Below, one piece after another: positions 37,375 through 47,510 of a stretch of 64,000 nucleotides of DNA (position 1 is its first letter; each line of letters begins with the position of its first letter). The DNA is taken from the IMG/VR virus record IMGVR_UViG_3300001681_000071, positions 1-64,000 of that record; one strand, given 5' to 3'. Origin of the DNA: a virus. The position numbers and the translations under genes were made by a program. The notes below the pieces were generated by a model that made no database searches, was not told the DNA's origin, and worked only from the letters and a program-made list of their open reading frames with translations.

Positions 37375-37665
37375 TCAAGAACTTTGTTCGTCTTTTTGGA
37401 TAAACCCGCTTTTCGCCATTGCTGCCCGTACAAAAGCATCCACGGCAGATTGACCCCCCAAGTACAACGCCTGTACTGTACCAGCGGCATAAACCATTGC
37501 AGATAGAACATTGGCGTCAATACCCTTTCGTATTCCGAACCAAATCAAACCCAACCAGCCGATGTTCCAAATCATTGCTGCCAAGAATTTCTTGGAGCCT
37601 AAAGGCGTTTTCTTGATCTCATCCAACCATTTATCATTATTTCCGTTTTTCAAAGATTCGCTCAC
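37375..37665 (-). CDS. putative holin (2 TM)
   Basis: SKKFLAAM.. two hydrophobic segments, YLGGQSAVD; near the putative lysin. Confidence 0.5.
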   Translation of the reverse strand: MSESLKNGNNDKWLDEIKKTPLGSKKFLAAMIWNIGWLGLIWFGIRKGIDANVLSAMVYAAGTVQALYLGGQSAVDAFVRAAMAKSGFIQKDEQSS

Positions 37666-38020
37666 AGTCTTCACTCCCTTCACATGCTTTAAGTATCACA
37701 ACTGAATTCAAAATATTTCCTATAGACTCACACTCTTGACCAGAAGTCTTGCTATCAATGCCTCTTGTGGTCATACGGCAAAACATTTCTCTACACAAAC
37801 CATCTTCGTGTTTGTCTATATATTCCATAGAACAAGGTATTTCCAATAAGTCTATGTTTGTAAGCTGTTTCTGAACAGCTATTTGTTCCTCGGCTACTTT
37901 GTTATCAGGAACTATCACTACAGGTACAATGTCGGGCCTTCTATTCAAGGCCATGAATGTGCCAGCCGTTCCACCGCCACCAACAATAGTACCAATCAAA
38001 ATCCATCCCCACCAAGTCAT
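37637..38020 (-). CDS. membrane-anchored Cys-rich protein, possible lysis accessory
   Basis: N-terminal TM (MTWWGWILIGTIV), 6 Cys; SD GAGG. Confidence 0.55.
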   Translation of the reverse strand: MTWWGWILIGTIVGGGGTAGTFMALNRRPDIVPVVIVPDNKVAEEQIAVQKQLTNIDLLEIPCSMEYIDKHEDGLCREMFCRMTTRGIDSKTSGQECESIGNILNSVVILKACEGSEDCERIFEKRK

Positions 38021-38052
38021 ATTAACCTCTGCTATTTTTTCTAAATCTACTT

Positions 38053-38604
38053 TCATACTATATCCAAACTTACATCCGAAATGACTTCATCACCCCAACA
38101 ATCCCAACCATCAACTCTTCTTCTTGCGAACAATTCTATTTTGTTTTGAACAGGGAACATATCCTCTATCCTTTGACGTACTTCTTCCGGCTTCTGGCTG
38201 TGTTTTGTGCGCTTTGAGTATACATACTGCCTTGCGTTCCTTATGCCTCTTGGTTGCGGAATACGCCCCCTTTTACCCAGCAAACAGAGTTCGCACTGAG
38301 ACATTGTGTAAAATCCTGGGTTTACTCTTACTTTATCCCACACAAAACCGACTGTAGCCCACTTGAAACCCCAAGACCTCATAAGGTCTACCGCTTGGTC
38401 TAAATGCGGGTTAGTTGTCCACATGAATAGCAAACAATCATCGTCACAGATAGAAGTAACATTAAGACGTTTAAGGTCTTTGAGCTTTATGGTCGAATAA
38501 TGAGAGATAGCTCCTCCGGTATCTATCCCACCTTCACCGTTATGTTGTTTTTGTCCTTTGTAATCCCATGGTGGGTCCACATAAATGACTTGGTACTTTT
38601 TCAT
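38053..38604 (-). CDS. MT-A70 family adenine methyltransferase
   Basis: YQVIYVDPPW, LFMWTT, WGF, E.CLLG.RG, HSQKP, KIELFAR. Confidence 0.9.
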   Translation of the reverse strand: MKKYQVIYVDPPWDYKGQKQHNGEGGIDTGGAISHYSTIKLKDLKRLNVTSICDDDCLLFMWTTNPHLDQAVDLMRSWGFKWATVGFVWDKVRVNPGFYTMSQCELCLLGKRGRIPQPRGIRNARQYVYSKRTKHSQKPEEVRQRIEDMFPVQNKIELFARRRVDGWDCWGDEVISDVSLDIV

Positions 38605-39179
38605 TCTTCAATCAATGTATACGAAAAGCTATTTCCATAAAGTGATGCCGAAAGCCTACAGAAAGACATAAAAACATCAAACTCCTTTGGATGAGCAAAT
38701 ACTTGGCAACCTGCTGACCACTTTTCTACTACGGTAGACTCCCTACGAGAATTGGACCTATGAATGTTTATTCCGAACCATCCCTCAGATACGCTACTGG
38801 CATCCATATCCAACACATTGTCTCTGTTAGAATCCCTATAGACCTTAACCTTCCCATTACGTTGGCATAAAGCATCATAGCGACCTCTATGTTTGTCTAT
38901 TTTCCATACCCCGCGATACTGACCAGGAACGAGTATAGCTGTGCCTTCTATTCTGCTTGGGTTTTGTAAATGATATAAACCGGGGTCAGTGGTAATTTGG
39001 AAGCATATATCTATCCAATTCCCAATCTCATCCTTACAAACAACATGCAAACTATCGTTATAAGTATTTGATATATTGTCCTGAGAGCGAACACCGATGA
39101 GGTTTAAATTCCACACCCCTGTTTCAAATACAGTGTGTCCAAGGTCTTTAGATTTTTGAAGAATAGCAGGTATAGGCAT
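38601..39179 (-). CDS. putative endolysin with an L,D-transpeptidase-like His/Cys motif
   Basis: LNLIGVR, TTDPG, PGQY, GINIH-x(13)-SAGCQV; SD GGAG before ATG 39179. Confidence 0.55.
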   Translation of the reverse strand: MPIPAILQKSKDLGHTVFETGVWNLNLIGVRSQDNISNTYNDSLHVVCKDEIGNWIDICFQITTDPGLYHLQNPSRIEGTAILVPGQYRGVWKIDKHRGRYDALCQRNGKVKVYRDSNRDNVLDMDASSVSEGWFGINIHRSNSRRESTVVEKWSAGCQVFAHPKEFDVFMSFCRLSASLYGNSFSYTLIEE

Positions 39180-39272
39180 AGTTTTCTCCGTTTTACAGTA
39201 GCCGAAGAAAAGATAATGCAGCCAAGGTCTGTTGTCGATTACCATAAACCACCGCCAACTTTAATCACATTT

Positions 39273-39698
39273 CTATTTTCCTATATAAACAATGTCAGGA
39301 TTTGGGTCAGGTGCATTTTCCCATTTACGGATATTTTTATTGGCCTCAAACTCCCTGATCTCTTTAAGAGTTGTTGTTCCTCCATTGTCTTCAAAAAACT
39401 TTTCCAATTCAAAGGAACTTCCCCTCATAGAAACAAGAAGAACAAAAGAACCGTCTGCTTCAGAATTCATTTTCTCTACCCATGTTTTCATAAAATTATA
39501 GTTAATCCAATTTGTGGCACCATAATCTAATCCGACATGCAGCGTTCGTGGCTCTGAGATAACCATTCCTCCATTTGAGCCAATACACTTATAGATTGTA
39601 AGATTTACATCGTATAGTACGAATAGCAGTTCTTTATTCTCTAAGAAGTCGAATTCTGCATGAATCGCATTGCTTAGTTTTATTCGTTTAGCTATCAT
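39273..39698 (-). CDS. hypothetical protein
   Basis: 141-aa ORF in a coupled array. Confidence 0.7.
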   Translation of the reverse strand: MIAKRIKLSNAIHAEFDFLENKELLFVLYDVNLTIYKCIGSNGGMVISEPRTLHVGLDYGATNWINYNFMKTWVEKMNSEADGSFVLLVSMRGSSFELEKFFEDNGGTTTLKEIREFEANKNIRKWENAPDPNPDIVYIGK

Positions 39699-39911
39699 CT
39701 ATCTCTTCTTCATAGCTATCAAATCTTCTGGATCTTCCCAACTCAGACCAGTAAAGGACCAAAGAACAACTATATGATCTCCGTCTATTTTCTCTACTGC
39801 GCCTGTCTCTGTTTCTTCTTCGATTTTTAGATAAGCGTCCTCTTTGATCTCCTTTATCCATTCGGCACTTCTCTTTACTTTTTCTCCTATGAGAATGTCG
39901 GCTATCTTCAT
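39699..39911 (-). CDS. hypothetical protein
   Basis: 70-aa ORF, ATGA overlap. Confidence 0.65.
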   Translation of the reverse strand: MKIADILIGEKVKRSAEWIKEIKEDAYLKIEEETETGAVEKIDGDHIVVLWSFTGLSWEDPEDLIAMKKR

Positions 39912-40723
39912 CTGTTATCCCCACTATTCTCAAGCGGCTGAACTGGAACAAAATTGGTATACAGAACATATTCTTTATAAGAATTCATTAGCTCTTCGTA
40001 ATCAAAATGGTTTCCACAAACATCTGCGAACGAGATCATAACAGAAGATTGGTCAATCCTTGTAACGTCACCGTTATAAGTGAATAGATGCTTATAAACT
40101 TTGACCTTTCCACTTATAAAGTCCAAACCCAATTCCGTTGGTTTCCATAGCCCTGTCATGCGCTTTTTCCTGGTTTTATCGCGGTTGGTAACAGCCAATC
40201 CCCACCAAGCTAGAGCCGGGTAGTCCCTTGAAGAGAATTCACAGTCTTTGTAGTGAATCCAGCCATCATTATCATCAACATGGCCCATTATATTCTCCAT
40301 ATACTTCTTAGTTAATGAGCCGAGAAATTTGGCACTATTGCTGCTTAGTGACCTTCTGTATTCCTTCACATGTTGGTCACAGCATGGACAAACAGTTCCT
40401 TTAATCCTTGTAGTTATCAAGTCACTTCTTGCGGAACGTATAAGCTCACTCCTAAGTTCAAACTCAGATATAATTCCTGTCTTATGAAGACCCAGAAAGA
40501 ACAAGAATTCATCCTCACTGTTTTTGAAAACATGGGGGTTCTTTTCCATTACTTGTGTAAATCGTGCCAACCATTGTTTGACTTTCTGCTTTTTAGGTGG
40601 CGGAATCTTGGGTGTATAGCCGGGACGATGCCCGATTTGCGCTGATGGCTTGCAAACATCTATAAAAAACATGACCTTCCTCACATCATCCGGTGTAAGG
40701 AAGCTAAATCTATCGTGGTTCAT
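39908..40723 (-). CDS. hypothetical protein with CPCC motif
   Basis: G..CPCCDQ.VK.Y.R.L...WWGL...GLWKPT..G..F. Confidence 0.75.
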   Translation of the reverse strand: MNHDRFSFLTPDDVRKVMFFIDVCKPSAQIGHRPGYTPKIPPPKKQKVKQWLARFTQVMEKNPHVFKNSEDEFLFFLGLHKTGIISEFELRSELIRSARSDLITTRIKGTVCPCCDQHVKEYRRSLSSNSAKFLGSLTKKYMENIMGHVDDNDGWIHYKDCEFSSRDYPALAWWGLAVTNRDKTRKKRMTGLWKPTELGLDFISGKVKVYKHLFTYNGDVTRIDQSSVMISFADVCGNHFDYEELMNSYKEYVLYTNFVPVQPLENSGDNR

Positions 40724-40738
40724 TGTGGTCCTTTGGTT

Positions 40739-41074
40739 TTATTGTTCGTTTTCCCCGTCAAGTATGTCTTGAAGTGAATCTACTGGAATACACACAACGC
40801 CATCGCCATGAATGGCAAGAGCCAGGTCTAACTCATAGCATAGTCTGATAATGGCCCATAACGGGGCAGAGCGACCTGTCGGGCTATTATTTGCGTAAGC
40901 AGCGCAAGCTTGCGGTGTAATCTCTAAAATTTCAGCCAAAGCAGAGGCAGTTCTTCCTGTTTTGAATTGCCATCTTTTCCGCAGTTCTCTAAACAAGTCC
41001 TTACGGGGCAAATCATTGTTCTTCGTGCCATAATAAGGAGCTTTTTCCTCTTCATTTGTAGCTATCGACGACAT
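40739..41074 (-). CDS. XRE-like helix-turn-helix protein
   Basis: TASALAEILEITPQACAAY.N...P...IIRLC. Confidence 0.65.
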   Translation of the reverse strand: MSSIATNEEEKAPYYGTKNNDLPRKDLFRELRKRWQFKTGRTASALAEILEITPQACAAYANNSPTGRSAPLWAIIRLCYELDLALAIHGDGVVCIPVDSLQDILDGENEQ

Positions 41075-41110
41075 TCTAACTCCTAAAAAAAACTAGACTC
41101 GTACAGACAT

Positions 41111-41119
41111 AGTATAGCA
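41111..41119 (-). promoter_or_regulatory. extended -10 promoter element (TGCTATACT)
   Basis: TGnTATACT about 37 bp upstream of the HTH gene; flanked by the inverted repeat ACAGAC (41103) / GTCTGT (41132). Confidence 0.45.
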
Positions 41120-41199
41120 CATTATTACACGGTCTGTGTTACAAATCAAGCCAATTCAGTAAGATAATTTACTTCCGATAGAATATATTTGGCGACAAT

Positions 41200-42624
41200 T
41201 TAAACAGTTGGTGCCTGACTTTTATAAGGGTGTGTGGGTTGCAATAGCCCCTGAAGTCCGTATCGCCAAGCCAAGTATCCTTCAAACTTCTGCCTATCTG
41301 GTATAGACAATTCACCACGAACAAGTATAACCTCCGCAATTCGTCCCTCAAATCTCGTTGTTGAGCTACCAATCCCCATATACAACGCATCTGCATTATC
41401 TGCCCCAACGGGAGCGGTTGTAAAATTACCGTATTGACTACCATTACGCCAAAATCCAAACTTCTGTGCTGTTACGGTACTATCTTTATTGGTGACAATT
41501 CCTTGAAGTTGGAATGTGCCAAGAGAAGTGGCGTTATCACTACTTGTCTCTTTATCACTACCCCCTGTTCCCCATCTGTATTGCAAACATTCATCATTGA
41601 CACCCCCATTATCATAGATCGAAGCCTCATAACTGTCTCCTTTCCATACTATCCCACTTCTTAACGGTGCTACTGAGCCAGGAGAAGCCCATGCGTCGTT
41701 CTTTGCCACCCATAAAACGCTAAGACCAGTGGAATTAAGGTCAAGTGAAGTGGAATCAATAGCCGTAAGAAAGGAAGCTAAACCATCAAATTCAATAGCC
41801 GGTAATGAGTTTACCGCATTTGAAATGTATTCTGGCCTAGAACCAGGAACGGCTTGAGAAAGATCATTACTATAGGCTGTATTATCCGTCCAAGCAGAAA
41901 CACGATCTTTACCATCTACAGACACTGTAGTTACATTTGCGGCATCAGCTCTCCACCAAGCAGCAAGTGTTCCAGTAAAGTCTCCGGGTGCCCACAATGC
42001 GGGAGACTCACCCGTTGCGGTGTATTCATACGTTGTAAAGTTATCAATATATGTAGTCCCGCTTTCAATATGCATACCGGGCTGACCAGTTACAAGCCTC
42101 TCCGCTGTAGTGTCACCAGTATTTATGACCACTTCTTCATCAATCAATAATTGCAGTGTGACTTGGGTTGTTCCATAACAGCGGAATTCCATGGTGTGCT
42201 TAGAGCCAACCGAAGTAGCATCAGAAGAGATAGAAGAAGCAGCAATAGTTAAATCTACGTCATCAATCCTTCTAACAATCTTAAACGAAGCGTCAGAATT
42301 ATCAAACCCTCCAAAGTACCCATACTTGGCACTATTCAAGCCAGCACTGGAACTTGTGAACGTATGCGTTCTAGCCATAAGCGATAGATTTCCAGCAGTA
42401 AACAAAGCGGTATTAGAAGGCCAAGCATATTCAATCTGAACCGAGTAATGGTCTTTAGCCCAAGCTGTAGAGGTATTTAGATAAGTGGACAGGTAGTCTT
42501 CATTCGTTGCCGAAACTCCGGAGCTACCCACCAGAACCTTGCCGGTCAGGACACCAGTTGGGTCATCTATGGTTCCCCATCCACCAATACCATGCCAATT
42601 GCTCTTAGCCATTTTAGACTCCAA
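41200..42624 (-). CDS. virion/tail-associated protein with a concanavalin/LamG-like domain
   Basis: AWWRAD..VSAWTD...P.Y..N..N.LPAIEFDG...FEGRIAEVIL...FEGYLAWRYGL. Confidence 0.7.
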   Translation of the reverse strand: MESKMAKSNWHGIGGWGTIDDPTGVLTGKVLVGSSGVSATNEDYLSTYLNTSTAWAKDHYSVQIEYAWPSNTALFTAGNLSLMARTHTFTSSSAGLNSAKYGYFGGFDNSDASFKIVRRIDDVDLTIAASSISSDATSVGSKHTMEFRCYGTTQVTLQLLIDEEVVINTGDTTAERLVTGQPGMHIESGTTYIDNFTTYEYTATGESPALWAPGDFTGTLAAWWRADAANVTTVSVDGKDRVSAWTDNTAYSNDLSQAVPGSRPEYISNAVNSLPAIEFDGLASFLTAIDSTSLDLNSTGLSVLWVAKNDAWASPGSVAPLRSGIVWKGDSYEASIYDNGGVNDECLQYRWGTGGSDKETSSDNATSLGTFQLQGIVTNKDSTVTAQKFGFWRNGSQYGNFTTAPVGADNADALYMGIGSSTTRFEGRIAEVILVRGELSIPDRQKFEGYLAWRYGLQGLLQPTHPYKSQAPTV

Positions 42625-42674
42625 ACTTTATTTGAAAGTATATCCTTTTGTTTTCCAATTCACACACGCCAATC

Positions 42675-42911
42675 TCAATGTTTGCTATCCTTCCCCTTTT
42701 TCTTCCCGGCTTTTGGATTTGTTTTTTCCCCAACATAAATCTTGTCTACGCATTCCGACCATATCAGAATGTACTTAGCAGTAGTATTGGGAACAATATT
42801 ATCAACCACACCATACGGAAGATCCAAGCGTAGCATATCTGTTGTAGGGCATTTAGAATACCCCTGGCACACTATGGCTGAACCACCTTTAAGGTAAACA
42901 ACGACCATCAT
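42675..42911 (-). CDS. small hypothetical protein
   Basis: 78-aa ORF in the tail region. Confidence 0.55.
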   Translation of the reverse strand: MMVVVYLKGGSAIVCQGYSKCPTTDMLRLDLPYGVVDNIVPNTTAKYILIWSECVDKIYVGEKTNPKAGKKKGKDSKH

Positions 42912-42924
42912 TTCATTTTAATAA

Positions 42925-44685
42925 TTATGTTTTAACAATGTCATACACGAACAGTAAGACTTCCGTATTTAGATCACCACCAGATCCGCCAAATGTAACA
43001 GTTGTAGTGCCAAGGGAACTTGCAACAGTATATTCTGAGGAATCTACCGGACCAGAAGCAACCAGCTTGCAGAAAACACCGTTCACGAACGCCATCACAC
43101 TATTAACATCTACAGTATCCGTAAGAAGTGCATATGCGAGATTAGCATTACCCACCGTTGCCTCTTGCTTTCTTTTAATTCCCATCTTGACATAAGTGAC
43201 AGCATTATTAGCCAGTTTGGCTGTGCTAACAGACCCATCTGCGAGACTACTTCCACCAGTAAACTGAGAGAATCCCATGGCAGTTGTACCAACAGTTACA
43301 GTGCTATCATTAGTTGAGATGAAGCCCTGATCTGCACCGGCTGTTCCTTCACGAACGAAAACAGCCCCACCGATAATCTTAGCGGAGGTATCGAAATCGG
43401 TGGCTCGTGTCAAAATAAACGCAGCACCCACCGCGCCAGCATTGGTAACTACATAAATACCGTTTCTTAGAGCGTTACCAGCAGTTTCATTCTTAATCAA
43501 TACACGAGTTGTTCCAGCGACAAAAGCAGTAACAGCATCAATTGTAAGTGTTCCACTTGCATTGGCTGTAATGGTCGCTCCAACCCCACTGGCTCCGTTA
43601 GCGTAGGTATTTGCCGGTAACACGGCAGCAGTTGCACATTTCACTGAATCTTTCCAGTGTACTCCAGTAAGTAGTGAAGCCACATATCCGACTGTTGCAA
43701 CATCATTATCATTAGGAGATGCGGAGGGAGTTGGGGAACGAAGGTATGTTGCCCCAGAGAGATCCCAATTCTGACCAGAAATGTTCAGGTTTCCGGAAGT
43801 GATAGCAGCAGTGGCAATCTTTCCCGCTGTAACAGCACTACCACTAATCCTATCTGCCGTTACACAGTTATCGGCTAATTCTCCACCAGTAACACAGTTT
43901 GCTGCTAGTTCGGAAGTACCAACAGCACCAGTGCCAATGCCAGCAGCAAGAACCGCGCCAGCGGCTATCTGAGTTGATGTAACCGCTCCAGTAGCGAGTT
44001 GAACGTTTGTGATTGTAGCATTTACAATCTTTGCTGCTGTTATTGTAGTGTTTGCAATCTGGGTGGCTGTGATTGTAGCATTTGCAATCTTTGCTGCTGT
44101 TATTGTAGTATTAGCGATCTGAGTGTCTGTAATTGTAGTATTCGCAATCTGACCGGCTGTGATTGTAAGGTTTGCGATCTTTGCTGATGTGACAGCTAAG
44201 TTATTGATAGCATCGGTGCCAACCGCACTACTAGCAATACTAGCAGCGATAACCGCGCCAGCACCAAGCTTCGTTGAAGTTACAGCACCAGTGGCAAGTT
44301 CGGTTGCTGTGATCGTAGTAGCTGCTATCTGCGCAGATGTGACTGTATTATCTGCTATCTGTCCGGCTGTAACTGTCTTATTCGCAAGCTGCGTGGATGT
44401 GATTGTATTATTCGCAATCTGCGTAGCTGTGATTGTAAGATTTGCGATCTTACCACCTGTGACAGCTAGGTTATTGATTGCAAGAGTGCCAACGGCATTA
44501 TTAGCAATACCAGCAGCGACAACTGCGCCATTCGCAAGCTTCGTTGAAGTTACAGCGCCAGTGGCAATAGCATCAGCAACAACGGCATCATCTGCCAGTT
44601 CGGCTGATCCTACTGCATTGGAGGCAATTAAAGCCTGAGTGACTGCATTATTCTTAATCTGGAAGGTGCTAAGTTGAATAGCCAT
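42925..44685 (-). CDS. repetitive tail fibre/virion protein (10-aa repeats)
   Basis: About 28 decamers of the (I/L)A.n(A/T)(V/I)T..k type; C-terminal WK.SV..AT...RVLIKN....NGIYVV...RATDFD fibre domain. Confidence 0.75.
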   Translation of the reverse strand: MAIQLSTFQIKNNAVTQALIASNAVGSAELADDAVVADAIATGAVTSTKLANGAVVAAGIANNAVGTLAINNLAVTGGKIANLTITATQIANNTITSTQLANKTVTAGQIADNTVTSAQIAATTITATELATGAVTSTKLGAGAVIAASIASSAVGTDAINNLAVTSAKIANLTITAGQIANTTITDTQIANTTITAAKIANATITATQIANTTITAAKIVNATITNVQLATGAVTSTQIAAGAVLAAGIGTGAVGTSELAANCVTGGELADNCVTADRISGSAVTAGKIATAAITSGNLNISGQNWDLSGATYLRSPTPSASPNDNDVATVGYVASLLTGVHWKDSVKCATAAVLPANTYANGASGVGATITANASGTLTIDAVTAFVAGTTRVLIKNETAGNALRNGIYVVTNAGAVGAAFILTRATDFDTSAKIIGGAVFVREGTAGADQGFISTNDSTVTVGTTAMGFSQFTGGSSLADGSVSTAKLANNAVTYVKMGIKRKQEATVGNANLAYALLTDTVDVNSVMAFVNGVFCKLVASGPVDSSEYTVASSLGTTTVTFGGSGGDLNTEVLLFVYDIVKT

Positions 44686-44777
44686 GGTATTCCCCGGTGT
44701 AAATCATTCATTCAATGAATTATTATCACATATAATCGTCATGCCCACTCAATATGTAGAATCTCAACAACTTGTTG

Positions 44778-45830
44778 TTAGACAAGCTCTTGGTAGTCCA
44801 CGAGCAATTCATCTCCAAAAGCCGGTAAAAAGGTGGTCGTAAAAGTGGTGTTATTATTTATTATGATCTCTGGCGAAGCTCCAGAAGAACTCTGGCGTAC
44901 ACCGTTCCAATATACATGTATTGGGCAATCGGCTCTAAAACTCTGCGTTGTTGTAAACGAAGTGGCTATTCCATCGGCTTGTGCGCTAAGGTTCTCCGTT
45001 TCAATACTACAATTCGCAGTAACAGAGCCAGGAATACTTGGAGCTACGCCTTCTGACCATAAATCTCCGCCAAAGCCTTCAATACCCATGGGAACTATTG
45101 TCTGAGGTTCTTGTAGCTTATTGGATGCGACGGTCCATTCCACGCTTGTGCCAGCATACCAATTCTCAACACTGGCTTCTGGGGATCCGCTTATATTCTC
45201 TTGTATGAAATTGCTGTACGAGATCGTTGTAGCGGTTCCGGCATACCATTCTGTATAGCCTTTTGTACTATTGAAGAATTCAACCCCTTGGTTATTAGAT
45301 GTTCTCCACCCCAAACCACTATTGCTAACTATCTTCACGCTCTCAAAAACTGGAGTTCCAGTGGTAATGGCGTATGTTCTTGCCTGTGCCACCCGATCCT
45401 GTTGGCTGTTAGAGCTATTCATGCTAAACCTTTTAGACCATGCAGCAAGTGTAAGTGGTGTCGTAGAAGTCGCTATGTCCACCTTTGAGGTATAAGAATC
45501 AGTAACAAGCACCAACCACTCATAATCGTCCCTAATCAATGTAAAGTCCTCAACCCGACCCATTGGGGTGGACTTACGAAGAATAAACGAGCCTTCGCCA
45601 TTTGTTCTATCGTTTGCAAGAAACATTAACGCTTCCATAGTTGTTGCCGGATCTACGATTGTAGAAGACAACGAATCGTACTCTACAAGAGACAATGAAT
45701 CGAATGACGTTCCACCATCAGGATTTCGTATATCAGGAGGAAGCACTTGTTTTAAACTGTCTTTCAGGCCATCAAACACAGAGTTTAGTTCTGCTGCCGT
45801 GTAATCCTCTCTATCTTGTGTAAGTGCCAT
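44778..45830 (-). CDS. putative virion structural protein
   Basis: Tail-module position; C-terminal ADG..TSFT...VYWNGVRQ module. Confidence 0.65.
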   Translation of the reverse strand: MALTQDREDYTAAELNSVFDGLKDSLKQVLPPDIRNPDGGTSFDSLSLVEYDSLSSTIVDPATTMEALMFLANDRTNGEGSFILRKSTPMGRVEDFTLIRDDYEWLVLVTDSYTSKVDIATSTTPLTLAAWSKRFSMNSSNSQQDRVAQARTYAITTGTPVFESVKIVSNSGLGWRTSNNQGVEFFNSTKGYTEWYAGTATTISYSNFIQENISGSPEASVENWYAGTSVEWTVASNKLQEPQTIVPMGIEGFGGDLWSEGVAPSIPGSVTANCSIETENLSAQADGIATSFTTTQSFRADCPIHVYWNGVRQSSSGASPEIIINNNTTFTTTFLPAFGDELLVDYQELV

Positions 45831-45839
45831 CTTATAATC

Positions 45840-47510
45840 CTATGCTATACGGTCATACAACAACCACATCCTCAAACCTATAACAAGCCTACCACGTTGA
45901 TACTCAATCTTCTCTATTGTGGATTTAATCTCGGAAAGACCTAATTTTTCGTCAGTAATCTTTACATTATCTCCCAATTGAACCATAAACATCAATGCCG
46001 GAGATCCTTCGTATTCTACATAATAAGATGGAAGACTAAAATGAGATGCCAGCCAATCAGCAACGTATTGGGCGGTAGCATCATCATGGATAATCACACT
46101 TTCTAACGGTTCTCTTTCTCTAAGACCCAATCGGCTTTCTGAAATTTTGCAAAACACATTGTTCGATGAATTGACCGTTATAATCTTTTCATGGTTATTG
46201 GTAATACCGTTAAATGAATATTTCAGAACATATGAATTGTAAATGTCTTCTTTAGAGGACTCTTGTACGGAAGAGGCCCTATCATACAAGAGATTTTGTC
46301 CAACTATCAGTTCCTCAACATACACAGGGCTACTTCTATTTGTAAATACAGGCCCATAACCACGACCACTGTAGGCCATACTAATCATTGGAAAACTACT
46401 ACATATTGTGGACTCGATATAATCTATCGCTGTAGCTATATCGTTCTCTCCGCTGGCGTTTATCAGCAATTGTGCCAGTAATGTCGGACATTTCGTCTTG
46501 GCTCTTGAAAAAAGGTTCTCGTCTACACCAACAGGGCCATATAAAGTCATTGTCCGTATAATATCTTCTATTAATTCAATAACAATTCTCTCTGACCCAT
46601 CAGAGCGTTCAACATAAACGTAGACCGATACATCTTTGTAGTAGCTATGGCTTTGGTTTAGAATGCTAACTTCCAGATACTTTATTCCATTAGCCGAGAA
46701 AGCATCACTAACAGTTACGATATTGAGAACCTGTGGAAGCTCTTCTCCATCAACAAAAACAGTCGTTACTCGATGTTGGTGCCCTAAACAAACAACAAAT
46801 TTATGTTGATACGAGCCAGTTGATAGGTCTTCTCTAAGAACACCAATACATGGCACACCAGAAGTATTTCTGTCCATTACAATTGGGAATCTAAACCCAA
46901 TGGAATCTTCTGGTATTGATGCTCCTTTAGTATAATTTCCGAAGGAATTTTCGTCACAGATGTATTGTGGCTGGATCTTATCAAATGTTATCTTTGGATC
47001 AATAACATCAAATTCCAATGGCTCATCACTTGTGCCAAAGACCACACCACCAGACATATCTCCTTTCAACAAAACGTAACGAGACTCATATTCTCCATCT
47101 GGTATTTGCAAACTTATCTCAGCAAACCCAGTTATTAAATCACCACCAAGAACAACCGCCATTGGATCAAGCGTCCTGGCATCAATACTAACAACAAAAG
47201 AACGCTGAGATGCAGCACCAGAACCCAATGTGTAGGAAGAGCTTATGGTTGGCTCTGCTATGAGCTTAGGCGCATAATAGTGACTTTTTGAGTTCTTATC
47301 TATCGTTGAAATGCTATCGGTTGCGACTGAAATTCTATGACCGTTCCCGAAAACAAAATCCATAGTCATGACAACATTGGTCATGCCGGGGTCTTTCGTT
47401 ATAATATCTAACCAATAAGAATTGATGACATTTACTGAAAAAACACGATTAAACACAATAGATCGCAAGTCTCTAAAACTATAGACCCCACCAGCACTAG
47501 TAACCGTCAT
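45840..47510 (-). CDS. putative tail tip/hub protein
   Basis: Downstream of the tape measure; C-terminal LGD.V.I.D..LG...IE.I hub-like signature. Confidence 0.6.
   Translation of the reverse strand: MTVTSAGGVYSFRDLRSIVFNRVFSVNVINSYWLDIITKDPGMTNVVMTMDFVFGNGHRISVATDSISTIDKNSKSHYYAPKLIAEPTISSSYTLGSGAASQRSFVVSIDARTLDPMAVVLGGDLITGFAEISLQIPDGEYESRYVLLKGDMSGGVVFGTSDEPLEFDVIDPKITFDKIQPQYICDENSFGNYTKGASIPEDSIGFRFPIVMDRNTSGVPCIGVLREDLSTGSYQHKFVVCLGHQHRVTTVFVDGEELPQVLNIVTVSDAFSANGIKYLEVSILNQSHSYYKDVSVYVYVERSDGSERIVIELIEDIIRTMTLYGPVGVDENLFSRAKTKCPTLLAQLLINASGENDIATAIDYIESTICSSFPMISMAYSGRGYGPVFTNRSSPVYVEELIVGQNLLYDRASSVQESSKEDIYNSYVLKYSFNGITNNHEKIITVNSSNNVFCKISESRLGLREREPLESVIIHDDATAQYVADWLASHFSLPSYYVEYEGSPALMFMVQLGDNVKITDEKLGLSEIKSTIEKIEYQRGRLVIGLRMWLLYDRIA

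Noticed and set aside
43780-44660. TxT ladder as an ice-binding protein
   Set aside because: Similar decamer repeats are common in phage fibre proteins, and nothing else supports ice binding
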